A stretch of 64,000 nt of DNA from Owenia fusiformis (GCA_903813345.2 CAIIXF020000001.1:26474001-26538000); one strand, 5' to 3'. Shown: positions 1 to 13,600, counted from the first letter of the stretch. Numbers and translations are program-made. The notes: a model not told the origin generated them from the letters alone.

Positions 1-739
1 GTCAAAAAGTAGTATTTTGACCCAATTTTGAGATATGGTGTCTGAAAAGTAGGCCAAAATAAAAAGTTTTCCAAATTTAACGTATGAGTTATGAATTAAG
101 GGTAGAATCTTCTCAGGAATCCAGATCTGCCAACCAAATTTAGATCCGACTACTTGTTCTGAAGTTATGGCATTTTGAAATCTCAAAAATCGCTAAATTT
201 GGTGCCCCATGTTAAATCAATAGGACCGAATAATTTTTTGAAGTGAAAAAATACAAGATATACATGTAGAATGAGTACAGCTAAACATAATGAAAGCCCA
301 TAGAAGAAGGGGACCTTAAAAGCTACTTTCCTTCAAAATTTGGACACCAAAATACCTAGCTCAAAATCTAGGTCAAATTCATAGTTTTTTCTTATTTTGC
401 GATTCTGACACTACACTATGATATTCTCCGAAATTGTGTATACTTGTAGCAAAGAGTGTGCTAATAATGTTAACATTTTGCCGTAAAGTTTTTTGACCCA
501 CTTTTGAGATATGGTGTCCGAAATGTAGGTCAAAAAAAAAAGTTCTCCAAATTTAACGTATGAGTTATGAATTAGGGGTAGAATTTCCTCAGGAATCCGG
601 ATCTGAAATTAAAATTGCAATCCGATCCCCGGTTAAGATTCTACGCCATTTTGAAGTTTGAAATTCGCACTTGCCAGTATTCACGATGCTGATTGATCAA
701 ATATACTTTCAAAAATTCCTGCATACCCTACTTTACCTC

Positions 740-960
740 CCTACCTACTCAGCTACTTATTTGCTTACTTACTCAATTACTTAATTAGTTATTACTTACT
801 TAGCAACTTACTCAGCTACTAACTCAGGTACTTATTCAGCTACTTACTCAGCTACCTACTCAGCTTTTTACTCAGTTACTTACTCAGCTACTTACTCAAC
901 TACTACTAAGGTACTTACTCAGCTAATTACTCAGTTACTTACTCAGCTCTTTACTGATCT
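740..960. repeat. 12-bp minisatellite (TACTCAGCTACT)n, degenerate
   Basis: Repeated tactcagctact / tactcagttact units. Confidence 0.85.
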
Positions 961-1311
961 ATCTAGGTCAAATAAATCTGGAGTCTTAAATTGAACTTGT
1001 TCAATTTCACAAATCTAGTTATTATTATTATTTATTCTTCTCTGCACACCTACTTCTAACTAGATTTCAACTATCTACTATATGAACCTACTAGGGACCT
1101 AGGTTGAACTTACCGGGAAAGGAATTTTTATCTAGGTCAAGGTCAAAGGTCAAAATCTAGGTCAAATTAAAGTTTTTTCTAAGTTTCTCAGATTTCATCC
1201 TCATACTTCATTATTTCTTGCGATGAATTAAAATGTAACTAGATATAAGCATTCCCTACAAATTACTCACTATATGAGATAATTGACGTCAAAAAACGGT
1301 AAAAATTGGTC

Positions 1312-3650
1312 ATTTTTCAACTTGCTTCAAATTGACCAAATTTTTTTTTAAAAATCATCTACAAGTTCTCAGGAACTCAAATCTGACCTTAGTTTTGACC
1401 TTTGACCTTTGGTTGACCTTCAGTGACCTTCGAAAGGTCAAAAAAGTTGATTTTTCAAATTGATTTTCTGGATTCGAATTTAGGTACATTTGATCACAAA
1501 AGACCCACTGAGGTCTAAAAAAGTAAAATTTGCAAGGTCAAAGGTCAAGGTCATCAAACTAAATCACAAACTGTGTTTTCTAAGTTTGTAAGTTTTGGTG
1601 ACTACAAATCAATATTTTATCATGAAAGTCAGGATATATATTCCTCTATAGGTTCTACACATATTAGCAATTGACTATTCATTAAAATTGTGTACCAGTT
1701 TTGAGATATTAGAACTCAAAAACTGAAAAAAGGTCAAATTTCGAAACTTTTCAAGACTAAATTTCAACTTGCTTCAAATTGACCAAATTTTTTTTAAAAC
1801 TCATCTACAAGTTCTCAGGATTCCAAATCTGACCTCACTTTTGACCTTTGACCTTTCGTTGACCTTCAGTGACCTCCGAAAGGTCAAAAAAGTTGATTTT
1901 TCAAATCGATTTTCTGGATTCAAATTTAGGTATATTTATTCACAAAAGACCTTCTAAGGTCTAAAAAAGTAAAATTTGCAAGGTCAAAGGTCAAGGTCAT
2001 CAAACGAAATCACAAAATGTGTTTTCTAAGTTTCTCAAAATTGGAGACTACAAATCAATTTTTTTTTACTGAAAGACAGAATATATATTCCTCTAAAGGT
2101 TCTACACATATTAGCAATTGACTATTTACTAAAATTTTGCTCCAGTTTTGAGATATTAGAACTCAAAAACTGAAAAAAGGTCAAATTTCGAAGTTTTCAA
2201 GGTCAAATTTCAACTTGCTCTAAATTGACCAATTTTTTTTTTAAAAAGCATCTACAAGATCTCGGAAACTCAAATCTGACCTTAGTTTTGACCTATGACC
2301 TTTATTTGACCTTCAGTGAACTTCGAAATGTCAAAAAAGTTGATTTTTCAAATTGATTTTCTGGATTCGAATTTAGGTACATTTGATCACAAAAGACCCA
2401 CTGAGGTCTAAAAAAGTAAAATTTGCAAGGTCAAAGGTCAAGGTCATCAAACTAAATCACAAACTGTGTTTTCTAAGTTTGTAAGTTTTGGTGACTACAA
2501 ATCAATATTTTATCATGAAAGTCAGGATATATATTCCTCTATAGGTTCTACACATATTAGCAATTGACTATTCATTAAAATTGTGTACCAGTTTTGAGAT
2601 ATTGGACCTCAAAAACTGAAAAAAGGTCAAATTTCGAAACTTTTCAAGACTAAATTTCAACTTGCTTCAAATTGACCAAATTTTTTTTTAAAACTCATCT
2701 ACAAGTTCTCAGGATTCCAAATCTGACCTCACTTTTGACCTTTGACCTTTCGTTGACCTTCAGTGACCTCCGAAAGGTCAAAAAAGTTGATTTTTCAAAT
2801 CGATTTTCTGGATTCAAATTTAGGTATATTTATTCACAAAAGACCTTCTAAGGTCTAAAAAAGTAAAATTTGCAAGGTCAAAGGTCAAGGTCATCAAACG
2901 AAATCACAAAATGTGTTTTCTAAGTTTCTCAAAATTGGAGACTACAAATCAATTTTTTTTTACTGAAAGACAGAATATATATTCCTCTAAAGGTTCTACA
3001 CATATTAGCAATTGACTATTTACTAAAATTTTGCTCCAGTTTTGAGATATTAGAACTCAAAAACTGAAAAAAGGTCAAATTTCGAAGTTTTCAAGGTCAA
3101 ATTTCAACTTGCTCTAAATTGACCAATTTTTTTTTTAAAAAGCATCTACAAGATCTCGGAAACTCAAATCTGACCTTAGTTTTGACCTATGACCTTTATT
3201 TGACCTTCAGTGAACTTCGAAATGTCAAAAAAGTTGATTTTTCAAATTGATTTTCTGGATTCAAATTTAGGTTTATTCAATCAGAAAAGATATACTGAGG
3301 TCTAAAAAAGTAAAATTTTCAAGGTCAAGGTCATCAAACAAGATCACAAACTGTGTTTTCTAAGTTTCTCAAAGTTTGTGACTACAAATCAATATTTTTG
3401 AACTAAAGTCAGGATATATATTCCTCTCAAGGTTTTACACATATTAACAATTGATTAGCTATTAAAATTCTGCCCCAGTTTTGAGATATTGGACCTCAAA
3501 AACTGAAAAAGGTCTAATGTTGAAATTTTTCAAGGTAAAATTTCACATTGCTTCAAATTGACCAAACTTTTTTTTTAAAATCATCTGCAAGATGCCTGGA
3601 GTTCATATATGACCTTGTTTTAAGATTTGACCTTTGGCTGACCTTTAAAT
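1312..3650. repeat. Tandem repeat, ~447-bp unit, about 5 copies, with two alternating variants
   Basis: cttgct(t/c)..aaattgacc recurs at about 1321, 1768, 2214, 2661, 3108 and 3548; alternate units are nearly identical (~894-bp period). Confidence 0.92.
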
Positions 3651-4662
3651 GTTCAAAAAAGCCTACGGGGCCTCCGTAAGATTGCTTGCAATCTTATACA
3701 TCTAGTTATTTCTAATTCTTTGCTCCATCCTTTATAAACCATTATACCACCAATCTTTCCCCATAGATCGTTAGAGTAAACACGCAAAAAATTAATTCCA
3801 AGAGCTTTAAAATCCTGAGAGGACATATGCAATATATATGGACCAACGGACGGATGGACGGACCAAAGGACAGACAGACGCCTAGTCAATCCCATAGGCT
3901 CACTGTGTGAGCAGATGTGAGTAAATTAATAACTTTCTGGTTTGTGTAGAAGTCAAGTAAAAGGTGAGAAATATCCACTTTCCCTGAATCTACTCTACTC
4001 TGATAGAATGAGTTTAAAGGATGGCACTACATCCAAATCCCCTTAGAGTTAATGCCTAGACACTTGCTCTGATTCATCAGTGGGCACCTGGCTTTGTTCA
4101 AAATTGTATACAGTTTTGACCAGAATACTCAATTGGCAAGGCGCCGGCCAATGAATTGGAGTAAATGTGACCCAGGCATAATTGTTAGGTTGTTAAAGAG
4201 AGTGCATTGGAACAATAGGTGTTTGATTGATTCTGAAAATGGCCACACACAGCATGAAGAAATAGTTATGAAATTTTGTGTGGAAAATTTGCATAAGAAA
4301 TGATTGCATCTTGTTCTATTCAAGGTAATACCCCTTTTATTGATAGATATAATTTGGATTTAATTTGGGTGTTATAAAATCCTTTTTTATCAACTCAGTG
4401 AAAAATGAGTGAAAAATAAAGCATATATCTTCTTGGTTATAGAAATGACAAGCACATTTATGGGTTCAATTCATTTTGGGTCACCTTGCACGTGGTATGT
4501 TTTGACAATTCTACCATAAACCACTTTCATAAAAGGTGAATGCATATACTATCAATATTAAGTCAATCAGAACTCAGAACAACAAATCAATGCCACATAC
4601 TAGTAGACCATATAACATCTGTTTGTGATTGGGCTTTAATAAAATAAAAATATAATTCTGAC

Positions 4663-7600
4663 CTGTAAAGTTGCTCCTTGAATAACATGCATTGGGTCTA
4701 TGACATTCCCTAATGACTTGCTCATTTTCCTACCATGGGCATCCCTCAGTATACAATGGAGGAGAACCTAGAAAAGAAAAATTGAAATAATGCTACTGTT
4801 ATGTTAAATGGTGTATATATCATACAGTATATATGTATATTTCCGTATGTATATTATAATAAGGAAAATGTTTTTGAGTTCATGTGATGTTGATTTTACA
4901 TGTATACCTTAGCACAATCATATGTAATAACTGTAGATACAAAAATGTATGTCAGAACAGAATAATTAGACCTAGCAATTATTCGTTGACTAATCAAATA
5001 TTTTTGTTTACTGTCAACTTGACAAGTAATTGTACACAGTAACTGTAAATGTAAATTATTTTGAAAATAGATTGATATATTCATATTATTAAATTGTTTT
5101 TATTGTTAATAGTTTTACTACAAAGTGCGGAGATGTAGAAGTAGTTTCCATCTATCCTGATAGGTATTAAACATAGGGTTCTAAGAACATGGGTGTAGAG
5201 CCCGAAGCTATTTTCATAAAGCTCTAGAGCAGACACAGGTCACACGACATGTATAGTAGAGCTCAATATAAACAAGGCATAAAGCTAATCCCGGGGGTTT
5301 ATAATAATATATTAATATATTTATAATAATTCCTTGATTATCATTGAAAATTAAATCAGATTTAAGACTTAATCAGAGCTTTAAGGCGGGGGTAATAATA
5401 TGCCAAGAAAAGTGAATTTGTTTATACTGGCCTTTAAATAGTAATTTCTCAAGATTACACCAAAAGGTTATCAATTCCAGTCAGTCATATGTGTAATTGG
5501 TCTTCTTGTAGCTTTATGAATGAGGATTACCTGTTTGAAGGGTAGTTTTCCAGTTAAATGTTCTCCTAGCATGACCATCCTAGCCACCCAGAAAAACAAG
5601 ATGTCACGTCCAGTTTCAAGCAAATCTGTGGGGTAGAACCTTTGTAGATCAGGGGTCTAAAACAAAGTTCATACATTATGATCAGAATACCAAGAAATGC
5701 ACAATGATGAAGTAAAGATTATTCAATAATATAAATGACATCTGTAACATCTCCATTTTGGATTGGTATAGGTTTATAGAAAAGCATATTTGCCAGGCTT
5801 TTTCACTCAGTGAAAGCCCAGCATACCACACATATCATGGTCTCTCTTGAAAATCCTTTAGCAAAATAAAGATTCAGGCCAACTTCTCATTGCTTTAATG
5901 TCTCTAATGGATTGATTAGTATTTGATAGTTCATTTGAAACCAAACAAGTTCAAATGGGCCATAATGGAACTTACAATAAATCAAAAAACAATTTGTCAA
6001 ATTTTTCCGATGTCAAACTTTAGATGGTGAAGATATTTATATCACATGCCATTTTTGGTTATGTCTCGACCATATACACTATCTATTCATTCAAAATTAA
6101 TTAAAACACCTTAGTGAACAGAAACTTTGGTGAAGATGAAGATATTTACCTGTTGGGGCCATCCAAATACGGAGAATGGGAAAAGGGCTGATGAAAACCA
6201 CGTGTCCAGTACATCTTCATCTAAAAAGTACAAATGTGAAACTTGAAGTGAAACTTATAGATTGCAAAGAAACTCTTGTTTGATTGTGGGAAGCCACGTC
6301 CCTTTTTCTTCTTTCCTCTTGACGGTGTTAGAGTATCTTTTAATGCAAAATACTGATGTTTGTCATATTGTATTCAAATCATAAGATATATATACAATAT
6401 TTATTTTTTTATTCCTCCAGCTTTCAAATAAATGCCCATGGGTCAATTGGAAAGTGAATCTGCTTTGTTCCAGTGACTTCAACATATAAAGTACATGTAT
6501 ATTGAAGATGCAATTTTAACAAAATTTAAGCTGGTGATACATTTAAACTCTGGTATATGAGTATGATATGCACATATCGCATGGGGTTACAGAATGTGAT
6601 AAATACAGTTAAACCTGTCTGCGTGGAACATTAAGTCAGTTGGTTTTGCGACTCTGAAAAGTATTCCACTAACAGATGTGTTCCACTTTACAGATATCAC
6701 TGTACAGTTAGTATAACAAATGTTAAAAGAGGTTACAGTGACTCATACCCATTAATAAATGTTACTCTCTAAAAACTGTTTCCTTTTAAACAGAATGTGA
6801 ATCAGCCTGCATTGAACATAGACGTCATTTAAGGTAAGTCACATTTTCTACTTTTGCATCTTCAAAGAATGTGGATTTGAAAAATTTAGAAATGTATAAT
6901 GTGGATTAAACTATAATATAAAGCATGAACTTGTTTTTGTTTGAATATCACTCCATAAACTTTCTCAAAAAAAATTGTTGGTTAAAATGACAAATGTTCA
7001 TTTACATTGCAGTTGATTTTGAAATGTAAACATGATGTCAAACAGCCAGCCTATATCACAGGTTCTACTACTTCTATTTATGACTAATACTGTGGCAGCT
7101 GAAAAATTGGACCAAGTAGTTGATCCCGCAGGGGCAGATCTGCTCAAATATCAATACAATGCAAATGAAAACAAGGCATTAACATGACAAAATGTCACCA
7201 CCTAGTTGCTCACAATATTATGAGTTCAAACTTAAGTCAGATTTGAATTTCTGAGAACTTGTAAAGTCAAATTTGAACTTCTGAAAAGATGTAGATGATT
7301 TTGAAAAAAAAAATTTGGTCAATTTGAAGCAAGTTGAAAACAGACCTTTTTGACCTTTTTTGACCTTGAGAAGGTCATTAAAGGTCAAATGTCAAATCTA
7401 AAGTCAGATTTGAATTTCTGAGAACATGTAGATGATTTTGAAAAAAAAAATTAGTCAATTCGAAGCAAGTTGAAAAAAGACCTTTTTGACCTTTTTTGAC
7501 CTTGAGAAGGTCATTGAAGGTCAAATGTCAAATCTAAAGTCAAATCTAAAGTCAGATTTGAATTTCTGAGAACATGTAGATGATTTTGAAAAAAATTTTA

Positions 7601-10600
7601 GTCAATTTGAAGCAAGATGAAAAAATAACTTTTTGACCTTTTTTGACATTGAGAAGGTCATTGAAGGTCAAATGTCAAATCTAAAGTCAGATTTGAATTT
7701 CTGAGAACATGTAGATGATTTTGAAAAAAAAATTTAGTCAATTTGAAGCAAGTTGAAAAAAGACCTTTTTGACCTTTTTTGACTTTGAGAAGGTCATTGA
7801 AGGTCAAATGTCAAATCTTAAGTCAAATCTAAAGTCAGATTTGAATTTCTGAGAACGCGTAGATGATTTTGAAAAAAAAACTTAGTCAATTTGAAGCAAG
7901 TTGAAAACAGACCTTTTTGACCTTTTTTGACCTTGAGAAGGTCATTGAAGGTCAAATGTCATATCTAAAGTCAGATTTGAATTTCTGAGAACATGTAGAT
8001 GATTTTGAAAAAAAAATTTAGTCAATTTGAAGCAAGTTGAAAAAAGACCTTTTTGACCTTTTTTGACTTTGAGAAGGTCATTGAAGGTCAAATGTCAAAT
8101 CTTAAGTGAAATCTAAAGTCAGATTTGAATTTCTGAGAACACGTAGATGATTTTGAAATTTTTTTTTAGTCAATTTGAAGCAAGTTGAAAACAGACCTTT
8201 TTGACCTTTTTTGACCTTGAGAAGGTCATTGAAGGTCAAATGTCAAATCTAAAGTCAGATTTGAACTTCTGAGAACATGTAGATGATTTAGAAAAAAATT
8301 GAAGTCAGTCTAAACAGTATTTGTTAAGTTATAGGAAGTTGTAAGAAATTGTTACAGACGCCGGACGCCGGACGCCAACCGCCGGACGCCAACCGCCGTC
8401 GCAAAAAAAACGGAGACCATAACAATATGTCACCACTTTTGGTGGTGACATAATAGAAGTATTGACAGAAAAGAACACAACATCTCCAATGAGCCAAAAT
8501 TCTGCACATACAGTTATAAGAAAAAGAAAGGATTGGTATGTGTATGCAGAGCAAGAACAAAAGATGACCAAAAACCACTGGCAAAAATCCTGAAATTTAT
8601 GGATAAAAAGTACATGTCTTGTGCTTCACTTAGATTTGAAAACTTTAAATTTGAAATTTTGGCAAATGGATCATTTTAATAAATTTGAGAACCTATCATC
8701 AGTTTTTCTAAGAAACTGCAGTATATTGCAGATTGAAACAGGGGCTTTTAAAAGTAACAGTTTGCAAACTCTCAATAACATAACAATAAATATTGAACTG
8801 AATCCTATAAGGTACATTGAACCCGGAACTTTTGACCTCTCCAAATCATGGAGACAGCTGCTACTTCGTCAAAATGAGAATTTGGGAACAGAAAATATTC
8901 AAACAGTTTTTAATGACCTACAAAATAAAACAGTGGAGACTTTGGAAATAAAAACATGTGGAATTTTCCTGAGGGAATTAGATAAATCCTTTTTTGAACC
9001 ATTACGGTATTCCAGTATTAAAAGGTTGAATATGGCAGGTAACTCTTTCGGAATTGTGGCATCTGATGCATTTGAACCATTGGCAGCATCCCTTGATACC
9101 CTAGTTTTGTGGAACTTTATGTACATAAGAAAAGACACATTCAAGGTATGTCGACACCTGAGAAATTTGAACCTTGGTGGTTTCACAGTAACTGCAAGTC
9201 CAGACGCCCGACCATTACACCTAAATAATTTAACACAGTTAAAAATTCTAAATATCAACTTAAAGGGTTCTGGATATGTGATACTTGACATATATGGTTT
9301 GGATAATTTGTATGAGTTGCATGTTACAAACACTTATGATTCTGGAATAATGAGAACTGTCATTAAACTTCTGGACACTTCCAAACTTCTGAAGCAATTA
9401 GACTTGTCAGGAAATTCACTTTTCACATATCCAGATAACAAACTTTGTCAACTTTCTGAAGATCGAGTCAATCTCAATTTTCTGTCACTGAAAAACAACT
9501 TCTTTTCCCATATTCCTCGATGCATGTTTAAAGGTCTGTATAATCTACAGAATCTGAACCTTCGAAACAATTTACTCAGAATCCTAGAAAGGGATCTCTT
9601 CAAGGATTTACATAGTTTAAGCATGTTGGATTTGTCTCAGAATGCAATAACTTTTATTGACTCAAGCAATGTGGAAATAATGACACCTTATCAAGGGCAT
9701 GTGATATTGTACGTGCAAAACAATAACTTTGATTGTAACTGTCAACTAAAAGACCTTCGTAATTGGCTTACAATGAACCTCATGCAAAAGCGATATATTT
9801 TCAAATATGTACATGTAAATTGTTCAACACCATCCAATAGGCAAACTGAATATATCCACAATTTCACAATGACCTGGCTGGAGTGTAATACAAAGCTAGT
9901 TGTAGAAGTTTCATCAATAAGTGGAAGTTTAATTTTACTTGTTACAGTTGTGGCACTTGTGCTACTGAAACATTTCTGGAAGGATATTGAGTACAGGAAA
10001 ATGGTCATTTTAGCCCGCAAACATGAACAAGATTTAAATATAGATGGTCTTCTTATAGAACATGACGCTTTTGTTAGTTACCATAGTGAAAAACAATTAT
10101 GGGTTGAGAATGATTTATGTAAGGAACTTGAGAATGGATTGGATATCAAGTTCAAACTGATTTATGATGATCGAATAATGCCTGGTGGTTCATTATTCAC
10201 CTCACTGGGAATGGCAATACATACCAGCAGGAAGATTTTATTTGTGGTGAGTCGTGGTTGGGTGAAAGATGGCATGAATCAATTTGAGGTTGACATGGCT
10301 CTCGCCAAACTCCTAGATGACTACAGGGACATGATCATAGTTCTACTGATGGAACACATCCCTAAAGCTGAGATGCCTGACAAAGTAAAGATGATTATAA
10401 AGCACAATAATTGTTTTAGATGGAGCAACAATGAGAAGAAACAAGCAAAGTTCTGGAGGGATCTCAAATTGGAGCTAGGGAAACATCACTTTGAGATACC
10501 AATACAGGAAGCTGATTGAATAATGACAATGCTGTGCAGGGGCGAAGCCAGCTTTCAGTCAGGGGGGTGTGATCGCCCCAAAAATTCAGTTTTCAGTCAA

Positions 10601-13600
10601 GGGGTGCGATTGTGGCATAAACAGCCCAAAAATTAAGATTTATCTTGAATTTTACATTATATTTCAAAGCTCCCTTCTTCTTCAATCTCATTGTTATACA
10701 TGTATTTTTATTGGTTATGGGGGGTTGCATAGTATGTATCCAACAGACTGACTAGAAGTCAGTCTGTTATGATGTACTACTTTCCTGTGGAAATTGCAGT
10801 GAAATTTTTTGCACAAAATTATCAATAAGAGGAACCATTTCTTCAATAAAATAAACATTACAAAATATCAATTAAATAGTAAGGTACAATTAAATGCAAT
10901 AAAAAGTAACACAGCATATTGTCAAGTGGAAATAAAGCTAGTTGAAGTAACAAATGTGCAAATTAATTTTACCCAATCGGCCATTTTGAATAGCACTTCC
11001 TATGTAAACAAATATTTGGAATTACCAAACTTTAACATAGGTGCCTTATAGTCTGAATATAATTCAGACTAAATAGGATATAGTCTAGGGGGTTGCATCC
11101 AACGCACCGCCCACCCCCTGACTATGCTGTATATACATGTACTGACTTGTATACCTTTTGAATAGCAAAAAGTAAATAAAAAAGTGCAGGAAAAAAGGAA
11201 ATTCAATTGATCAAACATAATGTGACACAAGAACATTATTATGCTGCATACACTTTACATGCTAGCACATGTACATATATTATATGAGTAGTGTTTTTGA
11301 AGAAAATTTAATAGAATCATCGTGAAATGTCTAGAATATGTTTGTACATATCATGGGATTTCGATGGGGCTTTCTATATAATCCCCATGTACATGTGTAT
11401 ATTTGTTGATTATAGTGCCTCATATAATATAAACCAAGCCTATTTTAGGCTTATGGAAATATTTTGAAGAAATGTACATTTTCTATTATTAAAATGCTAT
11501 ATGTATCAGATTATTGCGCTTATCAATTGTCAAAATGATAGAATGAATACTAGAATAAATAAAATAAAATATTAAAATGCAATCCTAGGTCTGTCAGATT
11601 GTTAAAGCTAAGTTCACACCAATGGCGCTTTGCAAGCTGCTATTAAGTGGCATCAAAGCGCCGATGGTGTGAACTTAGCTTTATTGACAAAGCATGTATA
11701 ATCACTGACCAGATTACGCATTAAAAAGCATTAAAATTGGTGCACTGTGTACAACATTGAGAGCATGAACATATCTAAGAAACCTTATCTTGACATTTCC
11801 CCCGCCCCCTTCCCAATCTAACCTCAGTAATCTGAGACAAAAATTGTACCTTGAACTTCCAGTCCAAATAAACAGTCGCAGATGATATAAGGCACTGATT
11901 AGTGTTAAACTTTCATTTCAAGACAACAACACTAGTAAACAACAATAATTATAATAAATACTAATAAGCAATTGCAAGACTATGGCGTTTATAAAAGTAG
12001 GAGTTTTAGCTTTAGTATTGCTATTTTCAACAGTGGTAAGTACCTTTAACTTGATTGGTCTCATCTAAGTTATGAATTCAAAAAAAACTGCATTTTTTAC
12101 AAGAGTGTTTTAATACGTAAATGCATTTCATTTATGATTTTTTGTATCGGCTATGTCTAAATGCGCACTTCAATATATTTTAAGATGTTTTTCTGTGTCT
12201 TTCTGTAAAGAACTTTAAATAAGCTAGGCATTAACTTTTGATTTTTAAATATTTGTCTTTGTAGTCGAGTGCATCACCAAGGTCTAAGAGAAGTTTTATG
12301 GACCATGGCAAATGGTGTGGAACCTTGAACACTAAATTAGGATCCCCAGGGTGTAACTGTGAGGCAGGCATAGAGAAATGCAGGTAAAACTTTTTACACA
12401 CTTTCAAACATGAGGATACCCTTTGAAAGCTCATTTTGCATGTATAATTAATAGACTCTGATTAGGAGATGATTCTTTAATTTATTCCTATTTCAAATCA
12501 ATGCCCAGAAATATTGACATTCTGTCGGTACCATTTCACATTCAATCATTTCAACATTTATTTGACATTGACAAGATTTTATCAACATCAAAACTGAAAA
12601 GTTGTAAGAAATAGTCAGAGTGCAGTGTGATTAGTTGAACTAAGGGTTAATGCGAGGAATGAAACATGCACCCAATAAATGATAAACAAATGTTGCAACC
12701 TTGACTCGTGATACCAATTAGAGAAAATGAGAGTTTTATTTTAGCCTCTTGACTTAAAAAACGAAAACATTCATAATGTCAAAAAATACTTCAATACTTT
12801 TAATAGATGTCATAACTGTTAATGAAGTATTTGGCCAACACTCTAGTACTAGGTAGGGTGTTTATGATATGAATATTTACTTCAGAGAGTTGTACCCTCC
12901 CATAGATGAACTGGATGAGGTATGTCTCTCTCATGACTGGTGTAGCCGATGCCCAAGCAACCCTGCAGTGGAGAGCTACCGCCCGCTTCACTGGTGCCAA
13001 TGTGAGCAAGACATATACACTAATGCCAATAGCGCCACCTGTTATACATCTCACTGTGATGGATACAAAGCCGCAATGAGGCTTTTCTTCAAGTATGTGC
13101 CATGTGTATGTGAGCAGGAGGGGAAGTGCGGCTTGGAATGGTGCACCAAGACAATATTCGGAACAGAGATAAGCTATCCATGTGGACATGTTTCTTGTGA
13201 AACTATATCAGTAGTAAGCAGATTCTCAAAATGCCAAAACATAAATTAAATACTGCTGGGCTAACTAGACTTTGGCTGCTATAAATAATTGCACATACAG
13301 CAAAACCTGTGTAAGTGGAACACATCTGGTATATCTGTGGTTCCACAGGCCCGTAGCCAGGGGGGCTCGCAATCCCTCCCCCCCGGCCAAAAATTCTTTC
13401 AAAATCATGCAGTTTTTCACCATTTTGAGCACTTCTCAAGTAATTTTGGCCATATTTGGACCAAAATTGTCAAATGTGAACCCCCCCCTGGAAATTTTTG
13501 AAAACTGAACCCCCCCCCTTGGTAAATCCTGGCTACGGGCCTGTTCCATGTGAGAAGTGTTCCACTTAGAGAGGTTCATTTAGACAAAAGATCATGGTAT

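Larger units (their letters stand above)
1..3925. mobile_element. Large HINE/DINE-like (Helentron-associated) non-autonomous element with internal tandem repeats; left end outside the window
   Basis: Right end has an (ACGG)n/(ACAG)n microsatellite (3846-3880) then a short palindrome gctcac...gtgagc (3898-3912). Internal ~447-bp tandem units, a 12-bp minisatellite, and a direct repeat (about 1-150 versus 480-630). Confidence 0.6.
7032..10519 (+). pseudogene. Toll-like receptor (LRR ectodomain, single cysteine cluster, TM, TIR) nested antisense in a VARS2 intron; 5' end disrupted
   Basis: ORF 8621-10519 has LRRs ([32 protein letters not shown]), LRRCT (NNFDCNCQL...C..P...C), TM ([17 protein letters not shown]) and TIR ([29 protein letters not shown]). 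A signal-peptide start [23 protein letters not shown] at 7032 follows an acceptor at 7011-7012. The frame is interrupted by an insertion at 7170-8451, resumes as an LRRNT-like segment (EPKFCTYS...LVCVC) and needs a 1-nt correction at 8674-8677. Confidence 0.85.

Noticed and set aside
3930-4620. Possible further VARS2 exon or ORFs 4094-4323
   Set aside because: No ValRS continuation (expected GIPECGTDALRF-like segment) in the frames examined; the next exon probably lies left of the window.
8899-10020. Minus-strand ORFs of 144 and 92 aa
   Set aside because: Antisense shadows of the TLR coding sequence with no recognisable motifs.
10537-11127. hAT-like element in the TLR 3' region
   Set aside because: Left end resembles a CAGGGGCG TIR, but the right end is degenerate and no TSD could be verified.
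12800-13189. 129-aa minus-strand ORF
   Set aside because: Shadow of PLA2 exon 3; VARS2 splices in phase from 13961 to 6220 without it.
13203-13508. Overlapping ORFs here and at 20864-21115
   Set aside because: They come from the GC-rich 200-bp MITE copies, not from genes.
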